A stretch of DNA of 64,000 bases, taken from NCBI GenBank assembly GCA_963842525.1, contig CAWJGT010000023.1, positions 160,001 to 224,000 of the forward strand, read 5' to 3'. This document shows, piece by piece, positions 17,550 through 29,957 of the stretch. This stretch comes from an uncultured Holophagales bacterium (lineage in GTDB: Bacteria > Acidobacteriota > Thermoanaerobaculia > Multivoradales > UBA5704). The position numbers were made by a program, and so were the translations under genes. The notes under the pieces are model-generated. The model made no database searches, was not told where the DNA came from, and worked only from the letters and a program-made list of their open reading frames with translations. Every line of letters begins with the position of its first letter. The first letter of the stretch is position 1.

Positions 17550-20500
17550 TCAAACGATCACGGGACCATCGCCGAGCTTTTCGCGGACCGTTGCCTCTGC
17601 CCTCTTGAGCCAGTCCTTGAGCTCCTCACCGTTATGAATCGTTGCCGTGGGAAGCGTGACGCGGACGGCTTTCGGCTCGAGCAGCCGGGCTGCCTCTTCG
17701 AGAGCCCTCGCGAACCGCAGCAGGAGTGCGTCGCGGCGGGTACCCCAGGATTCGAGCGAGATCTCCGCGAGGGAAGCCAACAGCTCCTCCTCAGTACCGA
17801 CACGGATCTCCGGAACTCCGGCCACCTCCTGCCGATTCAGGATGTCTGCCTGCTGCTCCGCTGAGAGACGCTGCCAAGTGTCAGTGGCGGCGAGACGGTC
17901 CTTCTCCTGTCCATAGAGGATTGTATAGGCCTCTCTCTCCTTCTGCAGCGCTTCGCGGAGAGCCTGGACAAGCCTGCCGATGAGCGGTGTTACCGGATCG
18001 GGCTCATTCAACAGTGCCCGGTTCTTCCGCAGAGCATCCACCTGAGGAGCCACTTCGGCAGCGACCGGAAGCGCTCGCGCGTGCATCGCGAGCCTTTCGA
18101 GCACCTGCCAGCGCGGGTGGCGTTTCACGATCAGATCCACCCGGCCGCTCCACTCGGCGTTCCAGGCCGAGAGCTCGTCGCGGGCATCGAACAGGGCAAC
18201 GAGCTGTTCATTGCCCGCAAGTGCGGCGAACTCGTCGAGCCGCGGCGGGTTTGGAACTGAAGGTAGGGGCGCATCCCCGCCGGCGCGCTTGGCCAAGTCT
18301 TTCAGAGCCCGAAGGTAATCGCGGGCCGCAGCTACCTCGTCGTCAGCGGCGGCCTGGATCCCCGCCTCCTGGAAGAGCCTTCGCAAGGCGATTTTCTGGG
18401 GAGCCGTGACCGTGGCGCTTTCACGCCGGAAATCGGCCACGCCCAGATTTTTCTGATCGAGATGCTTATGGTTGAGGGCCCTGGCATCCTGTGCGGCACG
18501 CAGGTGGCTGGTGGCGACCAGGAGGATCAGTGCGCCGTCGATCGCATCCTGGGGCCAGCCATAGGGCGGAGCCTCGAAGTGCTTGCGGATCTCCCGGCCC
18601 CTCTTGCCTCCGGCGACGAAGCCGAGAAGGGCGTGGCAGACCCGGTGCTTCTCGGAATCGCCTGTAAACTCCACAACTGTAAGAGCATCGGCGGCTCCCT
18701 TCTGTGCTCTCTCGATCACCTTGCCCCAGTTCGCATGGTCCGCATGATTGAAGAGAGGGTAGAGGCGCAGCAGGGCATCGGCAGCGGCGTCCTTCACCTT
18801 CTCGGCGAGACTTGAACCGGACTGCTCGCTACCACCAGCGAGAATCACGCGAGCGCCCGCGAGGACCTCCCCGAGGAGCTCGTCGCGTTGCTGCTCGGCG
18901 ATGCGCTGCCGCGTCGCCATACCCTGGCGCGCCTCGTGACCTTCGTTTGTGCCCGGCTTGCCCTTGGCGGCCAGAGTCTCGTCCGCGGCTTTGGCGTTCG
19001 CCAGATGCTTCTTGAGCTCACCGGTCCCATGCTCGGGGAGATACATGATCACGAGAGGGCTCTCGGGACCTGCGGCACGCGCATCGGCGAGGACTGATCT
19101 CTCGTCGTCGGTCCAGCCGTCTCGCACCCAGACAGGCACTTCGGGAACGCCTGTGGGGGGTGCGTCCGGCCCGAAGTGGGGCTGGATCTTGCGTTGGATC
19201 TTGCTCTTGCCATGGACGAGCCTCACACCCTTGAGCGCTTCGGCCACGCGTTCCCGCAGGCGGTCTGCCCGCTCGATGGCGAGCCCGGCGTTGTCGTTCT
19301 GGATGCGGGAGAGGCGGTCGCGGTATTCGCTTTCCCAGGCGGCGCTCTCCCGAGTCTGTATCCGATACTCCTCGCCCACCTGGATCAGCGCCCCCGCCTC
19401 GACCAACTCTTCCAGGAGTGGGGGGATACGGATCTTCCGCAGCTCGTGGCTCCCCTTCTCCAGATCCTCGACAAGGAGATCCGCCAGCATGTCGGGCGTG
19501 GCGCGGAGGCCTGAGTCGGCGCCGGCTTCGGGCCGGAGCTTCCCGATCAGGAAGCAGAGAGCACACAGGCGCGATTTGAGGCGTCCGGACTCGCTGCCGT
19601 CGTCGAGGCGCTCGATCACCTCCTGGATCTCGCGGAGCAATGCTCCCGACTGGACCATCTGCGTCTTGTTCTGGTGGTAGAGAAAGTCCGCCGGAACGAC
19701 GTTCATCAGGTCTTTATCCGCAGTGGCGATCACGGCCTCATAGACGTTGATAAGCTGGTTGCGGAAGCTCGGCCTTGGTCCCGGTGGGATCGATAGCCCG
19801 GAGGGCCAGCTCCCAGAAGCGGCGGCGCGTTGGGAGGAGAGGGTAGTCGGCCACGAGAACCTCGTCATCCTCCGGACGCGGAGCGAGCCGGGTACCGGGA
19901 AGGTGGCGGGAGATCTCACCGCTGGACTCGGTCAGTCGCTGGCGAAGGATCGTTTCCTTGTCGGGCTTCTTGGCCAGCACGATCTTGCGAACGACAGTAT
20001 CCACGTCCCTATCGGAAAGCTCGATCGAAATCCTGAAGCGGGCCTGGAGCTTCTGGAGCTGGGGTGTGCCCGTAATGGCGGTCTGGCCGGTGCCGACGAA
20101 GAGAATGCGGGCGCCGAAGCGCTTCGAGCAGGCTTCCGCGACCTCCTGTACGCGATAGGCCCGTTCGGTGCTGGTCTCGCCGATGTACTGCTGCACCTCG
20201 TCGAGGACAATCAGCGTGGCCGGAAGCTTGCCTCCGGCACCGAGCGCCTCCTCTATGGCGCTGGTCATGTCTGCGTCGGAGATGTCGTTCGGCCGTTGAA
20301 ACTGCGCGGTGATCTGACCGAGGACCGCCTCTTCGCTCGGGGCAAACGTTGGGTGCACGGCGAGGAGAGCCTTGGCGAGGACCGGGGAGACGTAGAGGTC
20401 CTTGAGCTCGCGGTCGAAGGCGCGGCCTTCCGCCTCGATCGCTTTCTGCACGGCGCCGAGGAATCCGTTCCTCTTGAGGAAGAGGACGAACCGGGCGGCG

Positions 20501-21009
20501 GCGTAGTCTTCCGGCAGGCCGGCCGAGCGGAAGATGAGCCCGAGGAGAGCGAGGCGCACGCTGCCTCCGGCCCCGGCCCCCAACTTGCCGCCGGCGGCAT
20601 GGAGGCCGCCGAGCCGCTTGCCCTGGGTGGACAGCTCCCGGAGCTGGGCATGGATGTCGTCGGGAAGATGATAGGCGAGGCCACGGGCGGTGGCGCCGTC
20701 CTGGAACCGATAGTCCGTCCACAGGAAGCGCAGCATCTTCACGAGGTGGGACTTGCCGCTCCCGTAGAAGCCGCTCACCCAGACCGCCGGCTGCTCCTCC
20801 CGGTCGAGGCTCGCGAGGTAGGTCGAGAGGATGCGTTCGAGGCCCTGGGCGTACTGCCCCTCGCACACGAAGGTTTGGAGCTCATGGCGAAGGGTGCGGA
20901 TCTCCTGCTCCGAGCCCGGCTCCGCGACCTCGACGACGCCGTTGTTGACGAGCCGGTTCTCAAGCGGATCCTTGAGGAAGACATCCCGGTTCTTGATGTG
21001 CTGCGTCAT
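17550..21009 (-). CDS. brxC: BREX P-loop ATPase BrxC, frameshift at ~19764
   Basis: MTQHIKNRDVFLKDP...FVCEGQY...WVSGFYGSGKSHLVKML (Walker A), LIVLDEVQQYIG (Walker B), YPLLPTRRRFWE; continues in ORF 17550-19919 with FEAPPYGWPQDAIDG. Confidence 0.92.
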
Positions 21010-21561
21010 GCGCTCTCCAAGCCGCCGGCCGCCGTGATGGGCACCGCATGGTAGTTCCAGCCATCTCGAGCGTCGAGAAGGCGATAGGTGTTGTCCTGGT
21101 ACTCGCCGGGGAAGAAAACGAGGAGGCGGCCCGGAATGGAATTCTGGACCATCTCCATCAGCCTCGCCACCTTCATGAATCCGAAGAGCGCGGCCACGCC
21201 TGTCACGGCGACGACTGTGCAGCTCGTCCGTCTCCTCCAGGACCCGCAGGACCTCGCCGGCCACGGCCGCCTCGAAGTCGGGATGAGGGATCAGGAGCTT
21301 CTGGGGAGACTTGAAGTAGGCCTCGCGGTATTCCTGCTGGGCCATCCAGCGGGCAAAGGCGCCGATCAGGTCGCAGGATCGCCAGCCGTGGCCAGCCTCT
21401 TTCGTGGCGATCTCGAAGCTGGTCAGGTGCAGGCGGAGCCGGCGCTCGTCGGCGGGGTCGTAGACGGCGAACCAGACGCGCTGCTGTCCTGGCAGCGACC
21501 GGTCCCAGGGGAGGGAGACGTACCGGGTGTAGCTCGCGCGCAGTGCTTCAAGTCGATTCAC
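21006..21561 (-). CDS. brxB: BREX BrxB-like (DUF1788) protein, frameshift at ~21222
   Basis: VSLPWDRSL..QRVWFAVYDPADERRLR joined to GVAALFGF...GRLLVFFPGEYQDNTYRLLDARDGWNYHAVPIT; lies between the brxA-like gene and brxC. Confidence 0.85.
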
Positions 21562-22363
21562 GAAGGACTACCTCTTCCTCGGGGGTCAGAAGTCTCGGGA
21601 ATCCTACATCGACAACCGACCCGACGCGACGCAAGTCGATCCTCCCGCGCTGGGAGGCCGCGGCGGCCAACTCGTACAGCGTCTCGGTCGGCACATCCAG
21701 GAGAGCCGTCCAGAAGGTCGAGAAGAGGAGCTGGCCGCGCGCTCCGGCGAGCCGGCCGAGGACGAGAGCATAGACCGCCGCCTCCGGGGAGAGGACGGGA
21801 TGGGCACGCTTGCGGATCTTGCCCTGGGTCAGGTAGCCGGACTGCGTCCAGGAGGAGAGGAGATTTCTGCCGATCGACTGAAGAGTCTTGGGGCTGAAGC
21901 GATCCGGGGCCGCCTGTGCCATCGCCTGGGCGAAGTCACCGGAGCTGACGGGCGAGCCGATCGGGGTCTGCAGGACGACTGCGGCGCTGGTCCGCAGGAG
22001 GGGGTCGCGGGCACACGCACAGAGGACCGCCAGGAGCGGCCGACCGGCTGAATCGACCTCCCAGATTTGGCGAAAGCACCGAAAGACCGTCAGGCGCGGA
22101 TCGAGGCCGTAGAGCTCGCGCAGCTTCTTCCAGGACCAGAGGCGTGTGGAGGCGGTTCCTTTGCCCAGGGCATTCTCTTCGAGAATGGCGGCGCGGTAGG
22201 CGTCGCTCGACGCGCCGGCCGGGGTCGCAGCGAGGAGCTGCTCCAGGTCGGCCAGCATGATGCTGCGGCTGGCATGGGTGCCCCGCTCCCCGGAGCGGAA
22301 GCCGAAGCGGGCCGGGAGGTCGGCGGGGAGGACGTTGTACTGAAGAGGTGCGATTCTCGCCAT
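21548..22363 (-). CDS. brxA: BrxA-like first gene of the BREX operon
   Basis: GTHASRSIML..ENALGKGTASTR..LRELYGLDP..ARDPLLR..NLLSSWTQSG; this type of gene normally precedes DUF1788-brxC; overlaps the brxB start. Symbol assigned by position. Confidence 0.7.
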   Translation of the reverse strand: MARIAPLQYNVLPADLPARFGFRSGERGTHASRSIMLADLEQLLAATPAGASSDAYRAAILEENALGKGTASTRLWSWKKLRELYGLDPRLTVFRCFRQIWEVDSAGRPLLAVLCACARDPLLRTSAAVVLQTPIGSPVSSGDFAQAMAQAAPDRFSPKTLQSIGRNLLSSWTQSGYLTQGKIRKRAHPVLSPEAAVYALVLGRLAGARGQLLFSTFWTALLDVPTETLYELAAAASQRGRIDLRRVGSVVDVGFPRLLTPEEEVVLREST

Positions 22364-22443
22364 CTTGGGTTCCGGACGGCGGGAAGTCTATGGGGTGAGA
22401 AGGGTGGGGGCAAGGGAGGCTTCAGCGGTCTGGTCCTCGCTGA

Positions 22444-23010
22444 TTAAGGTAGAGCTACGCCACCCGCGGGAGTTTGCGCGGACCGAGAGACGAGGCCTTT
22501 CACCAGCAGATCCGCCTGGACCCAGGGCATAGGTGCCCCGTTCTGAAGGAAGCGCAGGCGAATCACGTCCAGGCGGGGAGGCCAGGGTTGGAGGCTCAGC
22601 TCCTCACAGAGGCTCACGAGATCTGCGAGTGGGCCGCGCACACTGAAAAGCACCGGGTTTTCGAGTGCCGCCTCCGTGGCGACTCCTGGGGTGGGTTGCA
22701 GCCGCCGGATCTCGAGGTCGTGAGCCGCGGCGAGGCGCTGCAATCTACTCAGCAAAACGGCCTTTCCCGTAGGCTCCGCGCTCGCGGCAAGAGCTTCTTC
22801 GAGCAGGCGAGCCTCCTCGCGGAACCTGGGAAGTTGCTGCTCGGCTGCTCTACCCTCCTGGATCTTGGTCTGCAACTCGGCGAGCGTTGCTTCCCTGCTC
22901 TGGATGTCGTCCCGGACGGAGGCCGATAGGAGCCAGTGTCCCGCGAAGCCCGTGATCACAGCCGCAGCCAGGAAGGCAGGAAGCCTGGACAGTACATGGG
23001 TGATCTTCAT
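22444..23010 (-). CDS. PilO-like bitopic membrane protein
   Basis: N-terminal TM, coiled coil LQTKIQEGRAAEQQLPRFREE, then LLSRLQRLAAAHDLEIRRLQP...PVLFSVRG. Confidence 0.6.
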   Translation of the reverse strand: MKITHVLSRLPAFLAAAVITGFAGHWLLSASVRDDIQSREATLAELQTKIQEGRAAEQQLPRFREEARLLEEALAASAEPTGKAVLLSRLQRLAAAHDLEIRRLQPTPGVATEAALENPVLFSVRGPLADLVSLCEELSLQPWPPRLDVIRLRFLQNGAPMPWVQADLLVKGLVSRSAQTPAGGVALP

Positions 23011-23576
23011 TGGGCGTCCTCGCTGCCAGGAATTGGGGCCTGGATCTCGAAAACGCCCTCGAAAGCAGCCGCTCCCGGCTCATCGGAGAGTGTGCCGCGC
23101 ACTCCAGTCGCTTGCGCAATTTCCTGGAGCAGAGCGAGAACCGCGGCGCGATCACCAGTAGCCCGGAGACTCATCTCGTCGCCTTCGATGGACAGGCGAT
23201 CGAGACCGGCATTGTGCGCAGTGGCTCCCGACAGTTGCCTCAGCACGAGAAGGACCGTTGCCTCTCGCCTCTCGGAAGTCCTCTTGAAACTTGCGTGATC
23301 AACGAAGTTTTCAAGTTCGATTTTGTGGGCTTTATAGTTTTCGATCTCCTCAATCACGGAGCCCAGAGCCTCGACCTCAGCTTGGGCTGAGGCGATCCAC
23401 TCTATCTGGGCCTCGCGATCCGACCGCAGGACCCGGCCATCGTAGTACACAATGACCAACACGCCGACGACTGCACCGTAGAGAGCCGCACGTGCTTGTG
23501 GATGGAGTTGCTGGTGACGCGCCCAGAGCCAGGAGGCGGCCCGGCGAGAGCCCTGAATCATCTCCTTGAACGCCAT
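23007..23576 (-). CDS. PilN-like bitopic membrane protein
   Basis: TM AALYGAVVGVLVIVYY, coiled coil EVEALGSVIEEIENYKAHKIELE, LDRLSIEGDEMSLRATG; ATGA overlap with the pilO-like gene. Confidence 0.55.
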   Translation of the reverse strand: MAFKEMIQGSRRAASWLWARHQQLHPQARAALYGAVVGVLVIVYYDGRVLRSDREAQIEWIASAQAEVEALGSVIEEIENYKAHKIELENFVDHASFKRTSERREATVLLVLRQLSGATAHNAGLDRLSIEGDEMSLRATGDRAAVLALLQEIAQATGVRGTLSDEPGAAAFEGVFEIQAPIPGSEDAQ

Positions 23577-23681
23577 ACTTCCCCTCATGCTAGCATTTCT
23601 TGAAAGCTCCTGGATTAGCCGACGCCCGGTGAAGCCGGTGCTGGTCACGGTGGCGAGGTCTGGACTGTCCTGATTGGAGAG

Positions 23682-25058
23682 ATGTCCGTGTCGATCTACG
23701 AAGTGGCGAAGTCGGAGCCCTCCTTGGACTGGGAGGACCTCCTGCTTTGCGTCCAGGAGCGACGCGTCATTCCGATTGTCGGTCGAGAGCTTCTCATTTC
23801 GGATACCGATGCCGAGGGACGCAAGCTCCTGCTCGATCATCGGCTCGCCGTCCGGCTTGCAGCCTTGCTGGATCTGCGCGATGGAAGCCTCCCCCCGGAT
23901 GCCGACCTCAATGAGGTCGCGATGGTCTATCTGCAGCAGGGGGGGCAGCGCCGGAGGATCTACTCGAAGCTCAAAGGCCTGCTGGACGCGGAGTCGCCTG
24001 CGGTCCCGGAGCCGCTGCGCAAGCTGGCGGCGATTGACGATTTCCGGTTGTTCCTCAGCACCACGTTCAACTCGCTGCTCGCCACCGCCCTGGACGAGAT
24101 TCGCTTCGGTGGCGCACCTCGCACGGAGCGGGCCGCGTTTTCGCCTCACCTGCAGATTCAGGATCTCCCTTGCGAAGCGCAGCAGCTCGAGGCGCCGCTG
24201 GTCTACCAGCTCTTCGGCACCGCGACTGCGGCGAGCGACTACGCGGTAACCGACGAAGACGTTCTGGAGTTCCTACACACTCTGCAGTCCGAGACGCGCC
24301 GGCCACAGCTTCTTTTCGACAAGCTCAGGACCCATCACCTGCTCTTCATAGGCTGTGGGTTTCCAGATTGGCTGGCCCGTTTCTTCGTGCGTACCGTGAG
24401 CAACCAGAGACTCTTGAATCCACGCGAAACTTCAGAAATTTTAGCTGATAGCCGTCTGCGAGAGGACCCTCCATTGGCGCGCTTTCTTCGGCTCTACAAC
24501 GCCGAGACGTTCGCGGAAGGTCCGGTGGACTTCGTCGATGAGCTCCACGAACGATGGACGCGGAGTCGTTCCCTCGCTTCGCAACCCGTAAGGCCTGTGC
24601 CTAGTCACGCACCAGCCGAGGCGATCTTCCTCAGCTACGCCAGCGAAGATCTCGCTTGCGCCGAGCGCCTCCAGAGGGCCTTCGAGGTGGCGGGATTGGA
24701 CATCTGGTTCAACCGCAGCCACCTTGAGTCCGGCGACGCCTGGGATCTCCGCATCAAAGCCAACATCCGCCGCTGTTGCCTGTTCATCCCCTTGCTGTCG
24801 CGCAGCGCCCAGAGGAGGCGTGAGGGCTACTTCCGCAAGGAGTGGCGTTGGGCCATCGAACGGGCCGAAGGTGTTGATGACGATGTGCCCTTCATCGTAC
24901 CGGTGATCCGGGACGAAATTACCCCCGGGGCACCTGGAATACCCGAGTACTTCTGGACGCGACAGTTCCACCGCCTGAAAGAGGATGAGCCGGAGGCGGA
25001 ACTGGTTCAGCGCGTCCGGGAAATCGTCCGCGAGCTGCGGGTGCGGGAGGCCGGATGA
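23682..25058 (+). CDS. SIR2-like (SIR2_2) domain + C-terminal TIR domain protein
   Basis: WEDLL..RRVIPIVG..FLSTTFNSLL..VYQLFG..YAVTDED..LLFIGCGFPDWLARFF; TIR IFLSYASED..DIWF..GDAWD..LFIPLLS..YFRKEW. Confidence 0.88.
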   Translation: MSVSIYEVAKSEPSLDWEDLLLCVQERRVIPIVGRELLISDTDAEGRKLLLDHRLAVRLAALLDLRDGSLPPDADLNEVAMVYLQQGGQRRRIYSKLKGLLDAESPAVPEPLRKLAAIDDFRLFLSTTFNSLLATALDEIRFGGAPRTERAAFSPHLQIQDLPCEAQQLEAPLVYQLFGTATAASDYAVTDEDVLEFLHTLQSETRRPQLLFDKLRTHHLLFIGCGFPDWLARFFVRTVSNQRLLNPRETSEILADSRLREDPPLARFLRLYNAETFAEGPVDFVDELHERWTRSRSLASQPVRPVPSHAPAEAIFLSYASEDLACAERLQRAFEVAGLDIWFNRSHLESGDAWDLRIKANIRRCCLFIPLLSRSAQRRREGYFRKEWRWAIERAEGVDDDVPFIVPVIRDEITPGAPGIPEYFWTRQFHRLKEDEPEAELVQRVREIVRELRVREAG

Positions 25059-28000
25059 TCGCGGGGGCTAAAGAGGCGGCCGAACCGACAGTCGCTGCTG
25101 ATTCTCAGAACCCTTATTTAGGGCTACGACCCTACGATGAGTGGGATGCCCCCTGGTTCCATGGCCGTGAGCGGGAGGCGGGCGAGCTCCTGCGGCTGGT
25201 TCGCCGCGAGCCACTGACCGTGCTGTTCGGTAAATCGGGATTGGGAAAGACCTCGTTACTCCAGGCGGGACTTTTCCCCCTTTTGCGGCGCAGCGAGTAT
25301 CTGCCCGTTCTGGTCCGCCTCGACCAGGGCGCGACCAGCCCGGAGCTTCCGGCCCAAGTCGCAGCACTCCTCCGAGAGGCGGCTGATGAGGCCAGCCTCG
25401 AGGTAGAGGAACCCGGAGCGGGAGCCACTCTTTGGGAGCACTTTCACCGCCTGCGCGTCTGGAGCCCGCGCAATCGCCTCATTACACCGGTGCTCGTCTT
25501 TGATCAGTTCGAAGAAGTTTTCACCCTCGGCCGAGGGGACCGCCGGGTCGCCGCTTTTCTCGAGGAACTCGCGGATCTGGTAGAGAACCAGATCCCCAGG
25601 GTCGTTCGGAGGCTGCTCGAAGAATCGGGCGAAACACTGCCCTTCTCGTACAACCAAACGCGATGGAGAGTCGTGCTGAGCCTGCGGGAGGACTTTCTGC
25701 CCCAGCTCGAAGACTTGCGGCCGGCCCTCCCGTCCCTTGCTCGCAATCGCTTCCGCCTGCGAGGCCTCTCCGGCCAAGCCGCACTGGAAGCTGTGCTTGG
25801 GCCGGCCATTGGCCTGATCCAGCCCGATGTCGCCGCAGCCGTCGTGCAATTTGTCGCAGCGGCACGGGTCGACGCGGCCGCCAAGGCAGTAGGCAACGCC
25901 GCGCCGGAAGTTGAGCCCTCCCTCCTCGACCTGGTCTGCCACGAGCTCAACCAACGCCGGATCGAGCGCCAGCTTCCGGAGATCACAGCGGACCTCCTAG
26001 CGGAGCAGAAACAAGAGATCCTTTGGGATTTCTACCAGCGCAACGTAGCCGACCTCCGACCCGACGTCCGGGTGTTCATCGAAGAACGCCTGCTCACCGC
26101 CTCGGGATACCGCAGCACAGTGGCAGTCGAGGACGCCCTGCGCTTTCCGGCGGTGGATCGAGAGGTCCTGGAACGCCTGATCGGGAGGCGCCTCCTCCGT
26201 ATCGAGGAGCGGCTCGGCATTCCTCATGTCGAGCTGGTCCACGATGTCCTCACCGAGGTAGTTCTGCAGAGCCGCCAACGCAGGCGACAGCGCGAGGCCC
26301 AGCGCCGCCGCTTCCGGAAAGCGGTGTTCGTGGCGGGCCTCTTTGCCCTGCTTGCAGTGACCTTTGGGGGTGTAGCTTTGATGTCCCTGAGGTCGCGGGA
26401 TGAGGCCAGGGCGCAACGGCGAGAGGTCGAGCGGCGACTGGCCGAGCTCTACGAAGAGCAGGGACGCCAGGAGCCTCTCCCGCGGAGATTGGCAGCGCGC
26501 TCTCCTCTATCTCGGCCAAGCGTACAGGACTGGGCCGGTGAGCGCGTCCCTGCGGATCCTTCTCGGCCAAGCCACGCAGCCCCTGGACCGCCGTCTCACC
26601 TCGCTGGAAGGACACCAGGATGAGGTGTGGGACATCCAACCCTCCCCGGATGGGAAGCAGGCGGTCACGGCAAGCCGTGACGGCACAGCGCGGATTTGGG
26701 ATCACACCAAAGGCCGTCAATTGGCCGTTCTGGCCGGCCACTCGGCAGCTGTAGTATCCGCTCGCTACAGCCCCGACGGCCGACAGATTCTTACCGCCAG
26801 CCGCGATGGCACGGCCGCACTTTGGACCGCTGCCAACGGGCACCTCATCGCCCGTCTCGCCGGGCACAAAGGGGCTGTCTGGACGGCGGAATTCAGCCCG
26901 GACGGGAACTGGATTGCCACCGGCAGCCGCGACGGTACAGCCCGCCTCTGGGATCGGCGAGGGCAGGAGAGGTTCAACCTGACCGGCCACGAGGGGCCGG
27001 TCTCCTGTGTCCTCTTTGCGCCCGATCAGCGGTTCGTCGCCACCGCCTCGTGGGACGGCACAGCGCGGCTCTGGGAGATGTCGACCGGCCGGCCTGTCGC
27101 CACTTTACGTTCGAGCGGGAAACCCCTTCTAAGCCTGGCGCTGAGCCCCGACGGGCAAAAGCTTGCCTCAGTTGCCTCCGACGGCCGGGTGGACCTTTGG
27201 GACCTTCCTATGGGAGCGGTCGTGGCAGTCCTCCGCACGAGCAGCGAGCTCCTGGTTTCGGCTGAGTTCAGCCCCGACGGGACGCGAATCGCTACCGCGA
27301 CCACGACCGGCCGGGCCTTGCTCTGGTCGGTGCCGGAAGGGGAGCTGTTGCGGACCTATGGAGTGGCCGGCCCTGCAGAGCCAGAGAGCGGCGACCTTGC
27401 GACCCGGATGCGTGGCGGTCCCTTCGACCTCGACGAGTCTCTGCTCGCCGGGTCCGTGGATCCAGTCAGCGGCGATCTGCCTGGCGGGGCAAGCTCCATC
27501 TGGACCGCTACCTCCGCCAGATTCTCGGCCGACGGCGACAGCATCCTCATCGGTGGGTCGGACGGGGCCCTGCGGTTCTGGGACCTGGGCAGGCGGCGCT
27601 TCTCCACCGCCGTTGGGCCCGAGGATGACGAGGCCCTGGTCAGCGCCACGGCAACCGCCTCCGACCGCGTGATCACCGAGAGCGCCGGCGGCACGGTTCG
27701 GCTCTGGGATCTTGCTTCGCGCCGGCCCATCGCTGCTTTTGAAGCCGGTGCCTTCTATCCCTCCAGCGGCGATCGGCTCCTGCTCCCCTGGTCCAGTGGC
27801 GGGCAGCTCGTCGAAACCCGCCGAGGTGCAGTGGACTCCGCGCTGCCCACCGGTCTCCTTCGCTACGCCACGTTCGACCCTTCTGGGAAACGATTGTTGA
27901 CCCTTTCCAGCGATTTCCGGGTGCAGCTCTGGGACGCGTCTCAGGGAAGCTCCGTGGCAAGCCTTGGAGAGACTACGCACGGGAGCACCACGGCCCTCAA

Positions 28001-29957
28001 CCAGCGAGTCCAGTTCAGTCCCGATGGACGCCGGGTGGCGACAGTAGGTCCATCGGGAGTCCGTCTGTGGGACGCCGGAACCGGAGGGCAGATCACTGAG
28101 TTTCCGGGTGCCCGCGCAGTGGCTTTCAGCCCAGACGGCCGTCGCCTGCTGATGGAAGGCACGCCTGGCGAAATTTGGAATACTGAAAGCAGCTCCAGTG
28201 GCCCTCTCGCCGCAGCTCCGCCGGTAGCTGGGGACACAGTCCAGCTTGGAATTGCAGGAGAGATTGCCTATCAGGTACGGAGCGCACCCGGAGTCGATCC
28301 CTCGGTTCTCCTCTGGAGCACTCTAGACGGCCGCTGGTTGGGCGTTCTCCCTGGTAAAGCTCTCCAAGGAGCCTGGCTCATGGCGCAGGAGCCCACCGGC
28401 GCCAGGATGGTCGTAAGCGGCGATAATGCCTCATATATCTGGGATCTGCGGACGAAGACGCTCCAGAGGACACTTCCTTTCCGACTCGCGGACATCTCCT
28501 TTCATCCCAGACGTGCTCTTGCCGCCGCAAGGTCGATCGAAGGCAGTGTCTGGCTTCTCGACCTGGAAAGGGGGACAGACTTCCTCGTGGGAACTGCTGA
28601 AACATCACCCGGCACTTCCGCGAGCGGTCTCGCTGGGATCGCTTCGTCAGCAGCAGCCTGGTTTGCCTCGGCCCGATTCAGTCCCGATGGCAAGAGTCTC
28701 TTAACCGCCGGTCCGTCCGGCGCCACGGCCATCTGGGACGTTGAGAGCGGGCGTCTGATCCAGGCGCTTGCAGGGCATGCGGGACCGGTCTGGAGCGCCC
28801 GTTTCGCCAACTCCGGCGATGTGGTGCTCACCGCGGGGGCGGATCAGGCGGCAACGGTCTGGAATGTCAAAACAGCTCACAGCACGGTTCGCCTCCGACT
28901 GGCGGGCCCCCTGGTAGCTGCGGACATCACCAACGACGGCAAGCGTGTCGCAGTGGCGAACGGCAGCGGGGTCGCCGCCTTGTTCGACCTGAAGAGGCCT
29001 CGGCGCGCCGTGCGGCTTTGGGGCTCGCCAGGCCTGCGCTCGGTCCGATTCCGATCTGATGGAGAACTCCTGGCAGGAGGCGGCGAGGACGGGCGCGTCC
29101 GCCTCTGGAGCGCCCTGCGCGGAGGGCGGCCTCGGGCGACTCTGGCCGATCCCCTACGGATGGCACGCAACGGCATTTCTCAGGCGATCGTCGGCCTGGA
29201 CTTCGATGCTGACGGACGACGCATCGTGACCGTTGGAGAGGATCGGGTCTCCCGCATCTGGGATCTCGACGCTTACTCCGTGGTGGGTCGATTCTCCAAC
29301 CGATTCTATGCCCTCCAGGCGGCAGCCCTGGCACCCGGCGCCGAACAGGTCGCCATCGGCGGGGACAGCACGGCTCAGATCTGGAACGTCGGCCGGCCTC
29401 GCCCGTTCACGTCATTGGCGTTGGAGCCACACTCATCGATCTCCGCGATCCTGTTCAGTCGCGATGGATCACAGATCCTGACCGCCGGCCGGCCCCCCAC
29501 GGTTGAGCTCTGGGATACAGAACGCGGTGAGGCAGTAGCGAGCCTCGAAGGCCATGTCGGCACCGTCTGCTGCGCTGACTTCGACCGAGACGGCGATCTG
29601 GCACTCACCGCAGGCGCGGACGGTATGATGAACGTCTGGGACCCCCGACGGGGCAAACGGCTCGCTACCCTCGAGATGCGGGCCTCCAATGCCATTCGTG
29701 CCCGCCTAGCTCCCGATGGGTCCCGCGCGACGGTGGTGTTCGCCGATGGCGTGGTGAGACTCTTCGACATCCCCTTGGAACAAAGGAGCCGCGAGGAAAT
29801 CGACCTCCTCCTGCGCTGCTATGTCCCCCTACGCCTGATCGATGACCGCGTGGCTTCCGCCGCACCGGATCCGTCAGCCTGTCGGCAGGTCTTCACAGTC
29901 GAGCGTCTGGGCCGGAAGCCGGGGTCGTCTCGACCTGGAGAAAGGGTATCACCATGA
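25055..29957 (+). CDS. STAND (nSTAND1-like) NTPase - TM - WD40 repeat protein, frameshift at ~26474
   Basis: NPYLGLRPY..FHGRERE..VLFGKSGLGKTSLLQAGL, VLVFDQFEE, LSLREDFL, ELVHD; TM AVFVAGLFALLAVTFGGVAL; many GH..FSPDG..TASRDGTARLWD repeats in ORF 26400-29957. Confidence 0.9.

Noticed and set aside
14171-21561. Programmed frameshifting or phase variation in BREX genes
   Set aside because: The breaks are not at long homopolymers or obvious slippery sites, and similar breaks occur in recN; assembly error is simpler.
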